Assembly: GCA_945865375.1 (NCBI GenBank)
Contig: CAMBEJ010000007.1
Coordinates: 1,870 to 65,869, forward strand
Direction of reading: 5' to 3'
Source of the DNA: Akkermansia muciniphila
Lineage (GTDB): Bacteria > Verrucomicrobiota > Verrucomicrobiia > Limisphaerales > F1-80-MAGS106
Length of the DNA stretch: 64,000 nt
Below, piece by piece: positions 1 to 10,929 of the stretch. Each line of letters starts with the position of its first letter. Within the stretch, counting starts at the first letter, position 1. The notes under the pieces were generated by a model. It had not been told where the DNA came from, did not search any database, and worked only from the letters and a program-made list of their open reading frames with translations. The position numbers were made by a program, and so were the translations under genes.

Positions 1-335
1 AGGGTATTGGGGCAGCTCGCCGGCATCTGGAGCAGGGCCAAGAGGCAACAAACCATCGCCCCGAGGGGCGTCTTGAGATGAAGTTCGAACCATGTTGAAA
101 GTTGAGGCACCAGGGCTGTTGAGAAGGGAAGTTTAAGTGGGTTCAATGGATGGGACACATCCAAACTTTGGACGTGAGTCGAGGCCATGATTCTGGGAGT
201 GCCAGCATGAACGACGTCGGCTCCACCCGCGCCTGCGAGGCTCTTGGAAGAGAGGCCGACACTCCCAGTGAAAAGTTCATGAGACATGCGAATATGACAA
301 GCTGGTGAGCGGGTATTGGCAGCGGGAACCGGGGA

Positions 336-397
336 GGGGACGGCTCGTCCCCACATTCCTTTCCGATAGCCACTCGAACCGGGGACGAGCCGTCCCC
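336..397. repeat. Inverted pair of a 17-nt GC-rich motif (GGGGACGGCTCGTCCCC ... GGGGACGAGCCGTCCCC) with a 28-nt spacer. Each copy is itself a 7-bp-stem mini-palindrome. Possible terminator or REP-like element after the thuA-like gene.
   Basis: Read directly: copies at 336-352 and 381-397 are exact reverse complements. They lie 23 nt downstream of the minus-strand stop at 420. No U-tract follows. Confidence 0.6.
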
Positions 398-419
398 GCC
401 CCGCAGTTCATGGAAAGGG

Positions 420-1436
420 TTACTTCGCCTCTGGTGCCCAGTCGTGGGCGGAGGGTTTGATGCCTTTTTTGAAGCCGTTAAAGCCAAATTGGGTGGGTTT
501 GTATTCGCCCACGATGGCCACATCGGAATCGGCTTTGATTTTTTTCTCCAGACCGAGTGCCCAGTAGGCACCGTTGACCAGCAGGCGGCGAAGTCCCTCG
601 CTTTCGAGATCCGTTGCCGCACCCATCGTGGTTGTGAGAATCTTCGAAATCTTACCCTTATCGCCTGTGAATTCACGGGTCCAAATCAACGGTGCCATAG
701 GATCGTTCCGTTTGTCGGTGACAGGGCCGTCGGTGGGTTTCATGCCGGTCAGGATTTGGCCATGCGCCAGGACGTTGGCGTTGGGGGGCAGGTGGATGAT
801 TCCGTAAACATCCGTGGGGCCCCAGACATCGGTGACACCCTTGAGAATCGGATGGTCTTTGAACGCCGGATTGAAGGCCGCGCGTGTGCTTTCTTTGCCG
901 TGGTTTCCGTGGTGGCTGATCCACGTGTCACCTAGAACCTGCTGTCCGAAGCCTCCTGTCCAGTCCTTGCTGCGCCAGTCGTATTTGAGATAGGTGGATT
1001 GCTTGTTTTTGTCGTAAGAAAACGCGTGAGTGCTCGTGCGGAGAGCGATGATGGGTTTGCCTGCGTTCAGGTAGTTCACGAAATGCTTCATCTTGTCGTC
1101 GGCCGGCTCTCTGAACCGCCATAACATGATGCAGAGATCGGCGGAATCGAGGGCTTCCATCCCCGGGAGGTTGACATGCTCGTTGGGGTCGATCGCACCC
1201 GTTTCGGGGTTTACCGAAAAGAGCACGGTGCATTTGAACCCATGTCGCGCAGACAGAATCTTGCCTAATTGAGGAAGACCCTCTTCGGATCTGTATTCAT
1301 CGTCGCCCGACAAGAGGACGATATGTTTGCCCTTCCCGGGGCCGCGCTGACCGTCGTATTGGACCCAATCCTTGGCAGAAAGGGTGGCAGAGATGCCTAG
1401 TAGCGTCGAGAGTGCGATAGTGAGGAGTGGCTTCAT
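420..1436 (-). CDS. Secreted ThuA-like (class I glutamine amidotransferase-like fold) protein
   Basis: 338-aa ORF with signal peptide MKPLLTIALSTLLGISATLSA. General resemblance to ThuA-domain proteins (HIVLLSGDDEYRSEE...). Confidence 0.5.
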   Translation of the reverse strand: MKPLLTIALSTLLGISATLSAKDWVQYDGQRGPGKGKHIVLLSGDDEYRSEEGLPQLGKILSARHGFKCTVLFSVNPETGAIDPNEHVNLPGMEALDSADLCIMLWRFREPADDKMKHFVNYLNAGKPIIALRTSTHAFSYDKNKQSTYLKYDWRSKDWTGGFGQQVLGDTWISHHGNHGKESTRAAFNPAFKDHPILKGVTDVWGPTDVYGIIHLPPNANVLAHGQILTGMKPTDGPVTDKRNDPMAPLIWTREFTGDKGKISKILTTTMGAATDLESEGLRRLLVNGAYWALGLEKKIKADSDVAIVGEYKPTQFGFNGFKKGIKPSAHDWAPEAK

Positions 1437-1510
1437 GGTGGGGGCTGGGTTTGCTTATTTTACGATGGATCGGGACAACGTGTCAGGGTGGGGGAATTTT
1501 CAACTCGCCA

Positions 1511-2407
1511 TCACCACTTGATTTTCGCCGGGAAAAACTCAGCGATCAGGTCTTGGTAGAAGGGCTTGAGCTCTTGGACGTTCGGGGCTCCGTGGCTTTT
1601 GGTGTAGAGGTCGTAGGGATTGAAAGCTCGAACCCATTTCAGCATTTCGCGATCCTGGCCATTGGTCAAATAGCCGTAAGCCTCTTCCCTGTGCCATGGG
1701 TAAAACGAGTGGTAACGGAGCATGTAGAGCGCCTCCATTGGCATGTATTCCTTGGCCACCTGATAAATATATTCATCGTGTCCCCAGGACATCTGGACTT
1801 TGTCGAGACCGCACCCCGCAGAATACAGGCCCAAGCGGTCCTGATACTGCGGGTTCTGGCTGTCCGGGTTTGACTCGAAGAATTTGGTGAACACGACTGT
1901 GTCCGAATAAGCGCATCCGACCGGGAATGTGTCGCCTACTACCGCCCATTGCGGTTGGCCGTAGAGGCACAGAATTTTGCCAAGATCATGAATGAACCCT
2001 GCGAGGATGAACCACCGCGGCTGGCCGTCCCTGCGGATGTGCTCAGCGGTTTGTAACAAATGTTGCAACTGGGTGAGGTCCGTGTCGGGGTCGCTGTCAT
2101 CGACCAGGGTATTGAGATACTCAGCGGCTTCCCAGACACTCATTTCACGGTGGTTGAGCGAAGCGAACTCGCGGCGTTTGGACTGGCCAAAATCGACAGT
2201 TTGATGAGCGTGGTTCAGTCGATAAAACTCCCTGACTGAAGGCCGCGCATCCGCCTCATAATTTCTGAATTGCTCCTGCTTCTTTTCAGGATCGATGGCT
2301 TTGAAAGCCTTCGCGGGAGCGGAATCGGCTGCCGGCTCAGGGTAGCGCTCCTTCATGAAGTCTTCCCATTCATCAAGGCTTTTCAACGGGGCGTCGGTCG
2401 TTTTCAT
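1511..2407 (-). CDS. myo-Inositol oxygenase (MIOX, HD-domain di-iron oxygenase)
   Basis: Motifs [44 protein letters not shown] and C-terminal KIKW. The track ORF (to 2677) runs over thiS. ATG at 2407 (MKTTDAPL) is chosen; an alternative GTG at 2494 overlaps the thiS stop by 8 nt. Confidence 0.85.
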   Translation of the reverse strand: MKTTDAPLKSLDEWEDFMKERYPEPAADSAPAKAFKAIDPEKKQEQFRNYEADARPSVREFYRLNHAHQTVDFGQSKRREFASLNHREMSVWEAAEYLNTLVDDSDPDTDLTQLQHLLQTAEHIRRDGQPRWFILAGFIHDLGKILCLYGQPQWAVVGDTFPVGCAYSDTVVFTKFFESNPDSQNPQYQDRLGLYSAGCGLDKVQMSWGHDEYIYQVAKEYMPMEALYMLRYHSFYPWHREEAYGYLTNGQDREMLKWVRAFNPYDLYTKSHGAPNVQELKPFYQDLIAEFFPAKIKW

Positions 2408-2486
2408 GTGAATCAGGTTGGGGTCGTCATCTACTGTTGGAAGATAAGAGGCCAGAGTGGCGGCGTCAATCACCTCGTCTTTGATT

Positions 2487-2690
2487 TTATCCACCCGCGA
2501 CGATGCAGACGATCTCAAGCCGGTCGTTCTCGCAGAGCGTTCTTCCAGAAAATTCAGAGGGAGCAACCGCTTCGCCGTTTTGTTCGACAACCACACTGCG
2601 GGGGAGCAGATGCTGGCGCACAAGAAATTCCTCGATCGAGCATGGAAACTGGACCTGAGCGGGCTTTCCGTTGGCAATGATCGATCCCAT
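2487..2690 (-). CDS. thiS: ThiS/MoaD-type ubiquitin-fold sulfur-carrier protein
   Basis: 67-aa ORF ending in the diagnostic ...IVCIVAGG-stop. Size and pattern match ThiS. Confidence 0.75.
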   Translation of the reverse strand: MGSIIANGKPAQVQFPCSIEEFLVRQHLLPRSVVVEQNGEAVAPSEFSGRTLCENDRLEIVCIVAGG

Positions 2691-2959
2691 TTTCAGGCAC
2701 TTTGCAAACCTTCGCGATCCCCGTCAACGAGCGCTTCCATATTTTTGCTTCGGGAATTCAATTGACTGCTGTCTTGCACCCACACTAGAACGTCCGTGCC
2801 GCATGATTATTTGCCCGATGTTCGGGGCTGCGAGCGCCATTAGCGATGGTTACCCTAATATTAATGACAGGAAAACTTGCGCTAATCCGCTGGCTTGACT
2901 TGCCTCGCAGCGTGGGTTTGATAATACATCCGGTGTTGGAAGCAGTGTTTCTAATTCTG

Positions 2960-2989
2960 TTGACACACTGGTGCATGAGGATTTAGAAG
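2960..2989 (+). promoter_or_regulatory. Candidate sigma70-type promoter of the act operon (weak call)
   Basis: Exact TTGACA at 2960-2965, an 18-nt spacer, then TAGAAG (4/6 to TATAAT) at 2984-2989, about 80 nt upstream of the actA ATG. Lies in the AT-richer divergent intergenic region. Confidence 0.25.
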
Positions 2990-3068
2990 ACTTAAGTTGG
3001 TAGGGCGTTCTGGGTTCGGGGTGGAAGTGGGGACACGATGTCTTCAGAATCCCGGTGAGGCGAAGCGC

Positions 3069-3719
3069 ATGTCAGACATTTTCCCGAAGTGGACAAACAA
3101 GTTGCCGCTCCAAATTGCGGTGGGTGCCCTATTGATGGGGACGGCCGTTTCGGCGGGCTGCTGGTATTATCTTACCCCGAAGTATACGAGGGTGGGGTAT
3201 CAGCCCATTCAACCTGTGGGTTTTTCCCACGCGACGCACGCCGATCAGTTGGGCATTGACTGCCGTTACTGCCACAACGGAGTCGAAAAGTCTTGGTATT
3301 CGAACGTGCCGGCTGCTGCCACATGCCTCAACTGTCACAACGCGGTGTTGTCCACAGACCCAAGATTGGAGTTAGTCCGGGAGAGCGGGCGGACGGGCAA
3401 GCCCATTCCGTGGGTGCAGGTTCACAAGACGCCTGACTATGTGTATTTCAATCACTCCGTGCATGTGGCTCGCGGTGTGAGCTGTGTGCATTGTCATGGT
3501 CAGGTTAACAAGATGGACGAAGTGCAGCACGCCAAACCACTGAGCATGGCCTTCTGTTTGGAGTGCCATCGGGAACCTGAGAAATTCATACGGCACCCCA
3601 AGGAAGTTTACAATATGGACTGGGCTGTGGCGCCCGAGGTTCAAGCGAATGCGGGGGAGCGGTTTGTCCGTGAGTGGAAGATTGAGGCGTCCCAGAACTG
3701 TTCGGCCTGTCATCGATGA
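3069..3719 (+). CDS. actA: Alternative complex III subunit ActA (pentaheme cytochrome c)
   Basis: Five CxxCH motifs (CRYCH, CLNCH, CVHCH, CLECH, CSACH) and an N-terminal TM anchor. Start moved to MSDIFPKW. 4-nt overlap with actB. Confidence 0.9.
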   Translation: MSDIFPKWTNKLPLQIAVGALLMGTAVSAGCWYYLTPKYTRVGYQPIQPVGFSHATHADQLGIDCRYCHNGVEKSWYSNVPAAATCLNCHNAVLSTDPRLELVRESGRTGKPIPWVQVHKTPDYVYFNHSVHVARGVSCVHCHGQVNKMDEVQHAKPLSMAFCLECHREPEKFIRHPKEVYNMDWAVAPEVQANAGERFVREWKIEASQNCSACHR

Positions 3720-6700
3720 AAACCATTCCCCCTCCCTGCCGCGAGCCGGAAGTCGGCCCAACGTATTGGCGCAGCCTAGATCAACTAGCTGAAACACCCG
3801 AGTTTCGCGCGTGGATGCAGCGTGAGTTCCCTGCGGGCGCTAGCGAGCTCCCCCCGGATTTCGACCGGCGCGACTTCATGAAACTGATGTCGGCGTCTTT
3901 CCTTTTGGCGGGCGTGGGCTTGACGGGTTGTCGCAAACCGGAAGAACACATCTATCCTTTCGGTAAGATGCCGGAAGACTACATCCACGGCGTGCCTCAG
4001 TATTATGCAACCGCCATGCCCACCCGAGGCGGGGCAGTGCCATTGGTGGTCAAATCGCACGAAGGCCGACCAGTGAAGGTGGAGGGAAATCCTCAGCACC
4101 CCGATAGCAATGGCGGCACGGATGTCTTCGCTCAAGCGTCGATTTTGGGGCTTTACGATCCTGACCGGGCCACGCGTTTCGCCAAAGACGGTGTGGGCAT
4201 CCCGAAAGATCAGGCTGCCACCGCGCTGGCCGCGATCGCGTCAGAGGTGTTCTCGAACCGTGGAACTGGCTTGGCGGTGTTGCTTGACCGGTCGACGTCT
4301 CCAACCCGAGCGCGCCTGATAGAGATGATCACGAGGCGATGTCCGGGATCAAAAATTTACTCGTATGAGCCCCTTGACCCCACCACGGGCCAACGGGCCG
4401 TGGCGCTCGCTTTTGGTATTGAGGGGACTTTGTATTACAACCTGGATCGCGCGAAGGTGATTCTTTCGCTCGATTGCGATTTCCTAGGGACCGAAGAGGA
4501 CCCGCATCGATCGATCCGGGGTTTTGCTAAAGGGCGCAAGATTTCCAAGCCGGGTGATGGAATGAACCGGCTTTATGCCGTGGAAGGCTTGATGACCCTG
4601 ACAGGGGCGAATGCGGATCATCGGATGCGTCTGGCTCCTGGATTGGTGGGCCAAGTGGCTGCGCAGATTGCTGTCGAGGTCTTAAAGGAAGCCGGCGGGT
4701 CGGATCCTGGTCTTGTTCGGGCTTTGGAAGCCGCTGCCGGGGGGCCTGTTGCAGGCGTGAACGCCGCTTGGGTCAAAACTTGCGCCAAAGATTTACTGGC
4801 GAACAAAAGTGGCGGGGTGGTGATGGTGGGGCATCGTCAGCCGCTTGGTGTGCATCTGATTGCTCTGGCGATAAACGTGGCGCTCAAGAGCGTTGGCGGC
4901 GTGCTGGAGATCCGAACAGCTCCCCCTCTTGGAGGGGGCACAATTACGGATCTCGCCCAAGCTCTGGACCAACGGCAGGTGACGACTTTGGCCATCGTGG
5001 GTGGAAACCCATCGTACAACGCGCCCGCCGAATTGAATTGGGACAAGGCCGTTGCGAAGGCCACGACGGTGCTTCGCTTGAGTTACTACGAAGACGAGAG
5101 TTTTGCGGCCTCGCACTACCATTTCGCTGCCTCACATTTTCTCGAATCCTGGGGGGACGCACGGACCACCGATGGCACGTTGGTGGCGGTGCAGCCATTG
5201 GTTCAACCTCTGTTCGAAGGGATGACGGATATCGAGTTCCTGGCGACGCTCGCGGGTTTTTCGAGCAGCAATCCCTACGATTTGGTGCGTGATACGGTGA
5301 AAGGTTTGGCGGGCGGTGGCGGTGCCTTTGAGGCCTTGTGGAAAAACTTTCTCCACGACGGTTTTTTGCCCGGAACCACATCGACTCACGCGGCGGTCTC
5401 CCTGAACGGCCCCGCTCTGATCCCTCATTTGCAGGATCTGAAGGGCTTGGCTCCGACTGCCTCGTCTCTTGAAGTCGCTTTCGCGAGGGATTACAGCGTT
5501 GACGACGGACGTTACGCGAACAACGGATGGCTTCAAGAGCTTCCGGATCCCGTGACGAAGATGACATGGGACAACGCCATCTTGATGAGTCGCAAGACGG
5601 CTCGTGAGCTGAGGGTTGAAAATTCGGATGTCATCACAGTCGAGCTGGAGGGGCGAAAAGTGACCGGCCCAGTGTGGACGCAACCTGGGATGGCTGACTT
5701 CACTCTTGGGTTGCAACTCGGCTATGGACGTTCCAAAGGCGGGAGGATTGCCCAGTTCAAGGGCAAGTCAGTCGGTTATAACGCCTATGCCCTCCGAACC
5801 GCAAAAGCTCCCTACATTGCTCGCGGCGCGAAAGTGACGAAGACCGGCGCCACCTATTCGATTTCATGCACGCAGGATCACTGGTCGATGGAGGGGCGTC
5901 CCATTGTTCGCGAGGCGAACCTAGCACAATTTGAAGCCAAGCCTGGTTTTGCGAAGAACATGGATCTGGAGGCGCACGCGGCCCACATCCCGATGGGCAA
6001 GGACGGCAAGCCGGCGGTGATTTACACGCATCCTTATGTCTCGAATCCCGAGCTTAAGAGCGAGGTTCATCAATGGGGGATGTCGATAGATTTGAGCTCG
6101 TGTGTGGGCTGTTCCGCCTGTGTGATTGCGTGCCAAAGCGAGAATAACATTCCCATCGTAGGCAAGGAACAGGTGGCGAAAGGCCGTGAGATGCACTGGA
6201 TCCGCATTGATCGCTACTATGCAGGCGACCTCAAGCTGAGGGCGTTGCAGAAGGACACCGAAACAGACGAAGCACAGCAGTTCAAGGAGTGGATCGATGA
6301 CCCCCAGATGGTCACCCAACCCATGATGTGCCAGCACTGCGAGAACGCCCCTTGCGAGAGCGTGTGTCCTGTGAACGCTACCGTCCATGACGAGGAAGGG
6401 TTGAACGTCATGGCCTACAACCGTTGCGTCGGGACCCGCTACTGCTCGAACAACTGCGCTTACAAGGTCCGTCGGTTTAACTTTTTTGATTATAATAAAC
6501 GCCCTATCGAAAGCCTCTATAAGGGACCGCTGGCAACCCGACCTCGCGATGAATGGGAACTGACGAAGCTGGCCAAAAACCCGAACGTGTCGGTTCGGAT
6601 GCGCGGGGTGATGGAGAAGTGTACGTTCTGCGTGCAGCGGATTGAACAGGCAAAAATCGCCCAAAAGGTGAAGGCCGGCCCGACAGATGCGGTGCGTGTT

Positions 6701-7042
6701 GAGAGGGACGCCATCAAGACCGCGTGCCAGCAGGCCTGCCCTGCGGAGGCTATTGTGTTCGGCAACATCCTCGATCCTGAGTCCGAGGTTTCAAAGCTGA
6801 AACAGCAGCAGCGGGATTATTCGGTCCTCGGATTTTTGGACACACGTCCCCGGCTCACGTACCTGGCAAAAATTCGAAACCCGAACCCGGCGATGCCCGA
6901 TTATTACGAGTATCCCTTGAGCATGAAGGAGTACAGCGACAGCATGGGAAGCCCGTTTGAATCGCCTCACTCGGGCGGAGCTCCGCATGAAGCTGGATCG
7001 CCTGCGCCGGCGCATGGGGCGGCGAAAAAGGGACTGTATTAA
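3716..7042 (+). CDS. actB: ACIII subunit ActB (fused molybdopterin-oxidoreductase-like B1 and 4Fe-4S ferredoxin-like B2)
   Basis: 1108 aa. Tat-like signal [23 protein letters not shown]. Cys clusters [36 protein letters not shown] and CTFCVQR. Confidence 0.92.
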   Translation: MKTIPPPCREPEVGPTYWRSLDQLAETPEFRAWMQREFPAGASELPPDFDRRDFMKLMSASFLLAGVGLTGCRKPEEHIYPFGKMPEDYIHGVPQYYATAMPTRGGAVPLVVKSHEGRPVKVEGNPQHPDSNGGTDVFAQASILGLYDPDRATRFAKDGVGIPKDQAATALAAIASEVFSNRGTGLAVLLDRSTSPTRARLIEMITRRCPGSKIYSYEPLDPTTGQRAVALAFGIEGTLYYNLDRAKVILSLDCDFLGTEEDPHRSIRGFAKGRKISKPGDGMNRLYAVEGLMTLTGANADHRMRLAPGLVGQVAAQIAVEVLKEAGGSDPGLVRALEAAAGGPVAGVNAAWVKTCAKDLLANKSGGVVMVGHRQPLGVHLIALAINVALKSVGGVLEIRTAPPLGGGTITDLAQALDQRQVTTLAIVGGNPSYNAPAELNWDKAVAKATTVLRLSYYEDESFAASHYHFAASHFLESWGDARTTDGTLVAVQPLVQPLFEGMTDIEFLATLAGFSSSNPYDLVRDTVKGLAGGGGAFEALWKNFLHDGFLPGTTSTHAAVSLNGPALIPHLQDLKGLAPTASSLEVAFARDYSVDDGRYANNGWLQELPDPVTKMTWDNAILMSRKTARELRVENSDVITVELEGRKVTGPVWTQPGMADFTLGLQLGYGRSKGGRIAQFKGKSVGYNAYALRTAKAPYIARGAKVTKTGATYSISCTQDHWSMEGRPIVREANLAQFEAKPGFAKNMDLEAHAAHIPMGKDGKPAVIYTHPYVSNPELKSEVHQWGMSIDLSSCVGCSACVIACQSENNIPIVGKEQVAKGREMHWIRIDRYYAGDLKLRALQKDTETDEAQQFKEWIDDPQMVTQPMMCQHCENAPCESVCPVNATVHDEEGLNVMAYNRCVGTRYCSNNCAYKVRRFNFFDYNKRPIESLYKGPLATRPRDEWELTKLAKNPNVSVRMRGVMEKCTFCVQRIEQAKIAQKVKAGPTDAVRVERDAIKTACQQACPAEAIVFGNILDPESEVSKLKQQQRDYSVLGFLDTRPRLTYLAKIRNPNPAMPDYYEYPLSMKEYSDSMGSPFESPHSGGAPHEAGSPAPAHGAAKKGLY

Positions 7043-8466
7043 TGGACGCCACAGCCGACAGGATGGCGGTCAAGGTGGCGGCGCCCCCCGCTGAGTTGGA
7101 GCGGGAGCCGCTGGTTCTCAAGCACCGGTCGCTCGCCTGGGTTTCTGACACGGTGGCGGGGATTGCGGAGGGCAAGACACCGACTTGGTGGTGGGCTGCT
7201 TTCGTGCCTAGCTTCCTAGGGATGCTCATGTGCTTTCTGATGATCGGCTATCTCTTTTCCACAGGGATAGGCGTTTGGGGGTTGAACAATCCCGTCGGTT
7301 GGGCGTGGGACATTACGAACTTCGTGTTTTGGATCGGGATCGGCCACGCGGGAACGCTGATCTCCGCGGTGCTGTTTCTTCTGCGCCAGAAATGGCGGAC
7401 TTCAATCAACCGTTCTGCGGAGGCCATGACTTTGTTTGCGGTGGTTTGCGCCATGATTTTTCCTGCGATCCATGTGGGGCGCGTCTGGCTTGCGTGGTGG
7501 TTGTTCCCGCTGCCCAACTCGAACGGGATCTGGCCGCAGTTTCGTTCCCCCCTTCTGTGGGATGTGTTCGCGGTCTCGACCTACGGCACCGTGTCCTTGC
7601 TGTTCTGGTATGTGGGGTTGATTCCTGATCTGGCGACCATGCGGGACCGGGCGAAGAGCGCGGTTCGCAAGTTCTGCTATGGATTCTTCGCGCTGGGATG
7701 GACAGGCTCGAACCGGCACTGGAGAAACTATGAGAAAGCCTACCTTCTTCTGGCGGGGCTTTCCACCCCTCTCGTTTTGTCGGTTCATAGTATCGTGTCG
7801 TTCGACTTCGCCGTGTCGCAGGTGCCCGGCTGGCACACGACCATTTTCCCGCCTTATTTTGTTGCGGGTGCCATTTTTTCAGGGTTTGGCATGGTGTTGA
7901 CCCTCCTGATCCCTTTGCGAACGCTTTGCAAGCTGGAGGATGTGATTACGGTGCGGCACGTTGAATTGATGGGAAAGGTCATTCTGGCGACGGGTTCCAT
8001 CGTGGGCTATGCGTATGGGATGGAGTTTTTCATTGCCTGGTATGGTGGCAATCCCTATGAGCTCTACGCCTTCAAGAATCGTGCGTTTGGTCCTTATTGG
8101 TGGGCTTATTGGACGATGATCAGTTGCAACGTGATTTCGCCGCAACTCTTCTGGTTCAAGAAGATCAGAACCAACATCGTCGCTGTGTTTATCCTCTCTA
8201 TCTTCGTGAACATCGGGATGTGGTTCGAGAGGTTTGTCATCATCGTCACGTCGTTGCATCGCGATTATCTTCCCTCGAACTGGGGTTACTTTAAGCCGAC
8301 AATCGTGGATATTCTCACTTTCGTCGGCTCCTTTGGATTGTTCCTCACGCTTTTTTTATTGTTCATAAGGTTCCTTCCGCTCATTGCGATCTCTGAAGTA
8401 AAAGGTGTGACACCATTGGCCGATCCCCACCATCCGCTTGGGGGATCCAAGGGAGGACATCATTGA
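7042..8466 (+). CDS. actC: ACIII subunit ActC (NrfD/PsrC-like quinol-interacting membrane subunit)
   Basis: 474-aa polytopic membrane protein in the canonical position. Its ATG overlaps the actB stop (TAATG). Confidence 0.9.
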   Translation: MDATADRMAVKVAAPPAELEREPLVLKHRSLAWVSDTVAGIAEGKTPTWWWAAFVPSFLGMLMCFLMIGYLFSTGIGVWGLNNPVGWAWDITNFVFWIGIGHAGTLISAVLFLLRQKWRTSINRSAEAMTLFAVVCAMIFPAIHVGRVWLAWWLFPLPNSNGIWPQFRSPLLWDVFAVSTYGTVSLLFWYVGLIPDLATMRDRAKSAVRKFCYGFFALGWTGSNRHWRNYEKAYLLLAGLSTPLVLSVHSIVSFDFAVSQVPGWHTTIFPPYFVAGAIFSGFGMVLTLLIPLRTLCKLEDVITVRHVELMGKVILATGSIVGYAYGMEFFIAWYGGNPYELYAFKNRAFGPYWWAYWTMISCNVISPQLFWFKKIRTNIVAVFILSIFVNIGMWFERFVIIVTSLHRDYLPSNWGYFKPTIVDILTFVGSFGLFLTLFLLFIRFLPLIAISEVKGVTPLADPHHPLGGSKGGHH

Positions 8467-9008
8467 TGAGTGCTGCCACGTCAAGAACTTACGGGATACT
8501 GGCGGAGTTCGAAACCCCCGCCGATGTGATGCACGCCGCCGAGCAGGTGCGCGATGCCGGATACAAGAAGTGGGATGTGCATACGCCGTTTCCAGTCCAC
8601 GGAATGGATCAGGCGATGGGCTTGAAAAACTCGGTCGTGGGCTATTTCACTTTTGTCGGCGGAGCGACTGGGCTGACTCTCGGGATGAGCATGATCTGGT
8701 TCATGAACAAGTTTGACTACGCGATCGTGGTCGGTGGCAAGCCTCTGTTCAGTCCGCTTTACGCGTTTCCTGTCAGTTATGAACTCACTATTCTGCTGGG
8801 TGCCTTCGCGACTTTGTTCGGCATGTTCGCCCTGAACCGGCTTCCCCGGTTGCATCATCCGCTGTTGAAGCATCCGCGATTTCGCGGGGCGACTCATGAT
8901 AAGTTTTACATTGTGATCGAGTGCGTCGATTCAAATTATTCAGGTGTTGAGACGAAGGCTCTTTTGGAAAAGGCCGGAGGCAAGCACATTGAAATGGTGG
9001 AGGAGTGA
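8463..9008 (+). CDS. actD: ACIII subunit ActD (DUF3341)
   Basis: 181 aa. N-terminal [38 protein letters not shown] is typical of ActD. Two TM helices. 4-nt overlaps on both sides. Confidence 0.88.
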   Translation: MMSAATSRTYGILAEFETPADVMHAAEQVRDAGYKKWDVHTPFPVHGMDQAMGLKNSVVGYFTFVGGATGLTLGMSMIWFMNKFDYAIVVGGKPLFSPLYAFPVSYELTILLGAFATLFGMFALNRLPRLHHPLLKHPRFRGATHDKFYIVIECVDSNYSGVETKALLEKAGGKHIEMVEE

Positions 9009-9655
9009 CCATGCGTTATTTCCTTTTAGCATTGATGTTGGCGACGGTGGCGGCCGTGGGCGTAGCTGGGTTTCGTGGCACGCTTTCACGCAAGCCCCCC
9101 ATTGAAGTGTTCCCTGACATGGACCGCCAGGCAAAGCTGCGTCCGCAGGTTCCCAATGCGTTTTTCCCGGATGGACGGAGCTCCCAGTTGCCTCCCTCGG
9201 GCACCGTCGCCCGGAGTCGGAAGATGGTGGCGGGCAACGAATCGGTTTACCCTTTCGAGGAGGGTCCGCTGACGACGGGTCGCATCACGGGCACCACAAA
9301 TTTTATCGAGCTCAATCCATTCCCCGTCAATGTCAGTTTCATTGCGAGGGGTCAAGATCGTTATCAGATCACTTGCTCCCCATGTCACGGGGCGCAGGGC
9401 GACGGCAAGGGATCGATCAGCAAGTACGGTTTCGCAACCATCGCAAATCTCCATGACAAGCGCATTTCGACGCAGCCGGATGGCGAACTTTTTAACACGG
9501 TGGGCCATGGCAAGAATACCATGAGCGGTTACGCTTCGAACGTGAGCATCGATGATCGGTGGGCAATTGTAGCGTATCTGAGGGCGTTGCAGCTAAGCCG
9601 AGTGGCCGTCATCGAGGATGTTCCCGCCGATAAACGCGCCCTTTTAAAAAAGTAA
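9005..9655 (+). CDS. actE: ACIII subunit ActE (mono-heme cytochrome c)
   Basis: Single CSPCH motif, an N-terminal hydrophobic anchor and the canonical operon position. Confidence 0.85.
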   Translation: MTMRYFLLALMLATVAAVGVAGFRGTLSRKPPIEVFPDMDRQAKLRPQVPNAFFPDGRSSQLPPSGTVARSRKMVAGNESVYPFEEGPLTTGRITGTTNFIELNPFPVNVSFIARGQDRYQITCSPCHGAQGDGKGSISKYGFATIANLHDKRISTQPDGELFNTVGHGKNTMSGYASNVSIDDRWAIVAYLRALQLSRVAVIEDVPADKRALLKK

Positions 9656-9668
9656 GACCTCACGAGGT

Positions 9669-10883
9669 ATGGCTTCACAAGGATCGATTCAAAATAAAGT
9701 GGCACCCCTGACGATTCCTGGGTGGGTCAAGCAATTGCCACTCCTGATGATGGGAGGCGGGGGCTTGCTGGCGCTCGTGGGCGCATTCGTGGATACCAAG
9801 CAGTTTGGCTATTCGTATCTGGTCGCATTCATGGTCTTCCTGAGCCTCTCCCTGGGCTCGCTTTTCTTGCTTATGATGCATCATCTGTTTGATGCGAATT
9901 GGTCTGTGCCGATCCGGCGTTTCGTGGAGCATCTGGCTTGCCTCTTCCCGGTCTTGGCGATTCTTTTCCTGCCGATCGCCATTCTCGCCAAAACGATTTA
10001 TCCTTGGATGACCCTGGACCCGGCCCTGGATCATTCCCTACACGTCAAGAAGGTGCTCTTCAATCAGGTTTCTTTTTACGTGGTTGCCGCCGCCCTTTTT
10101 GGCATCTGGACGTTTTATGCGCGTGGGTTCAGGAAGGCTTCTTTGGAGCAGGACAAAACGGGTGCTGCCTCCTGCACCCAGACCATGAGGCGTTACGCGG
10201 CCTCGGGTGTTTTCGTGTTCGCATTGAGTCTGACGTTAGCTGTGATCTTCTGGATGAAATCGTTGGAGCACCAATGGTTTTCGACCATGTATGGTGTCTA
10301 CTATTTTGCGTCAAGCGTCTGGCTGGCCCTCGCGACGACCTATGTGATCGCGCTTGTGTTGAAGCGAACAGGTCCGCTGGAACATGTCGTCGGCAATAGG
10401 CAGTTTCACGATATCGGCGTCTTATTTTTAACGTTCACAGTTTTTTATGCCTACATCACTTTCTCGCAATATTTTTTGATCTGGAACGCGGCGATTCCGG
10501 AGGAGACGTTCTGGTATGTCAAGCGCGAGCGCGGTTCGTGGTGGGGCATCGGGATGTTGATTTTATTTGGGCATTTCGTCGTTCCTTTCCTGTTGTTGTT
10601 GCGCATCGACTTCAAGCTGAACGCGGCCGTGATGATTCCCCTGTGCGTTTGGGCGTGGATGATGCATTTCTGTGACATGTCCTTCAATATCATGCCGGTG
10701 CTGCATCCTGAGGGTTTTAAATTGAATTGGATCGATGTCGCGTGCATGGCTTTTTTTGCCGGCGTCCTGTCCAAGGTTTTTCTTAAGGACCTGAATTCGC
10801 ACCCCGTTTACCCTCAGCGCGATCCTCGGATTGCCGAAACGATGGGAGTTTACGTGGAGCCAGCCGGATCCCATTCCAAATAG
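9669..10883 (+). CDS. actF: ACIII subunit ActF (second NrfD-like membrane subunit)
   Basis: 404-aa polytopic membrane protein following actE. Confidence 0.85.
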   Translation: MASQGSIQNKVAPLTIPGWVKQLPLLMMGGGGLLALVGAFVDTKQFGYSYLVAFMVFLSLSLGSLFLLMMHHLFDANWSVPIRRFVEHLACLFPVLAILFLPIAILAKTIYPWMTLDPALDHSLHVKKVLFNQVSFYVVAAALFGIWTFYARGFRKASLEQDKTGAASCTQTMRRYAASGVFVFALSLTLAVIFWMKSLEHQWFSTMYGVYYFASSVWLALATTYVIALVLKRTGPLEHVVGNRQFHDIGVLFLTFTVFYAYITFSQYFLIWNAAIPEETFWYVKRERGSWWGIGMLILFGHFVVPFLLLLRIDFKLNAAVMIPLCVWAWMMHFCDMSFNIMPVLHPEGFKLNWIDVACMAFFAGVLSKVFLKDLNSHPVYPQRDPRIAETMGVYVEPAGSHSK

Positions 10884-10929
10884 GGCATTAATGCTTTTGC
10901 CATAAAGGTTTACAATCACCAGTAAAATC

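Noticed and set aside
75-100. GTTCGAACC, a tRNA T-arm-like string
   Set aside because: No acceptor/D/anticodon arm pairing can be drawn around it. No tRNA was found anywhere in the window.
1-294. Minus-strand frame open from about 294 to the left edge (MSHELFTGSVGLSSKSL...), possibly ending in a signal-peptide-like MVCCLLALLQMPASC
   Set aside because: No recognisable family and atypical composition. It cannot be bounded because it runs off the window. Not enough support to call a CDS.
2-323. Near-direct repeat GGGTATTGG(GG)CAGC at 2-16 and 311-323
   Set aside because: Only a 9-mer is exact and an indel follows. One copy is at the window edge, so the context is unknown. Could be chance.
143-676. 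177-aa track ORF antisense to the thuA-like gene. The same applies to other long antisense ORFs, e.g. 5921..6664, 11119..11901, 22370..22960, 58539..59345 and 60861..61634.
   Set aside because: R/P/S/G-rich low-complexity translations typical of the antisense frames of GC-rich genes. Each fully overlaps a CDS with strong family motifs on the other strand.
2408-2677. N-terminal extension of the MIOX track ORF across thiS
   Set aside because: The extension overlaps the well-supported thiS frame and has no MIOX-like sequence. A start at 2407 (or GTG 2494) is more plausible.
2691-3068. Looked for a TPP riboswitch upstream of thiS, or another leader, in the 380-bp divergent intergenic region
   Set aside because: No CUGAGA...ACCCUUUGAACCUGAUC...-type core on either strand. 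The ORFs 2671..2898 and 2785..2976 look non-coding.
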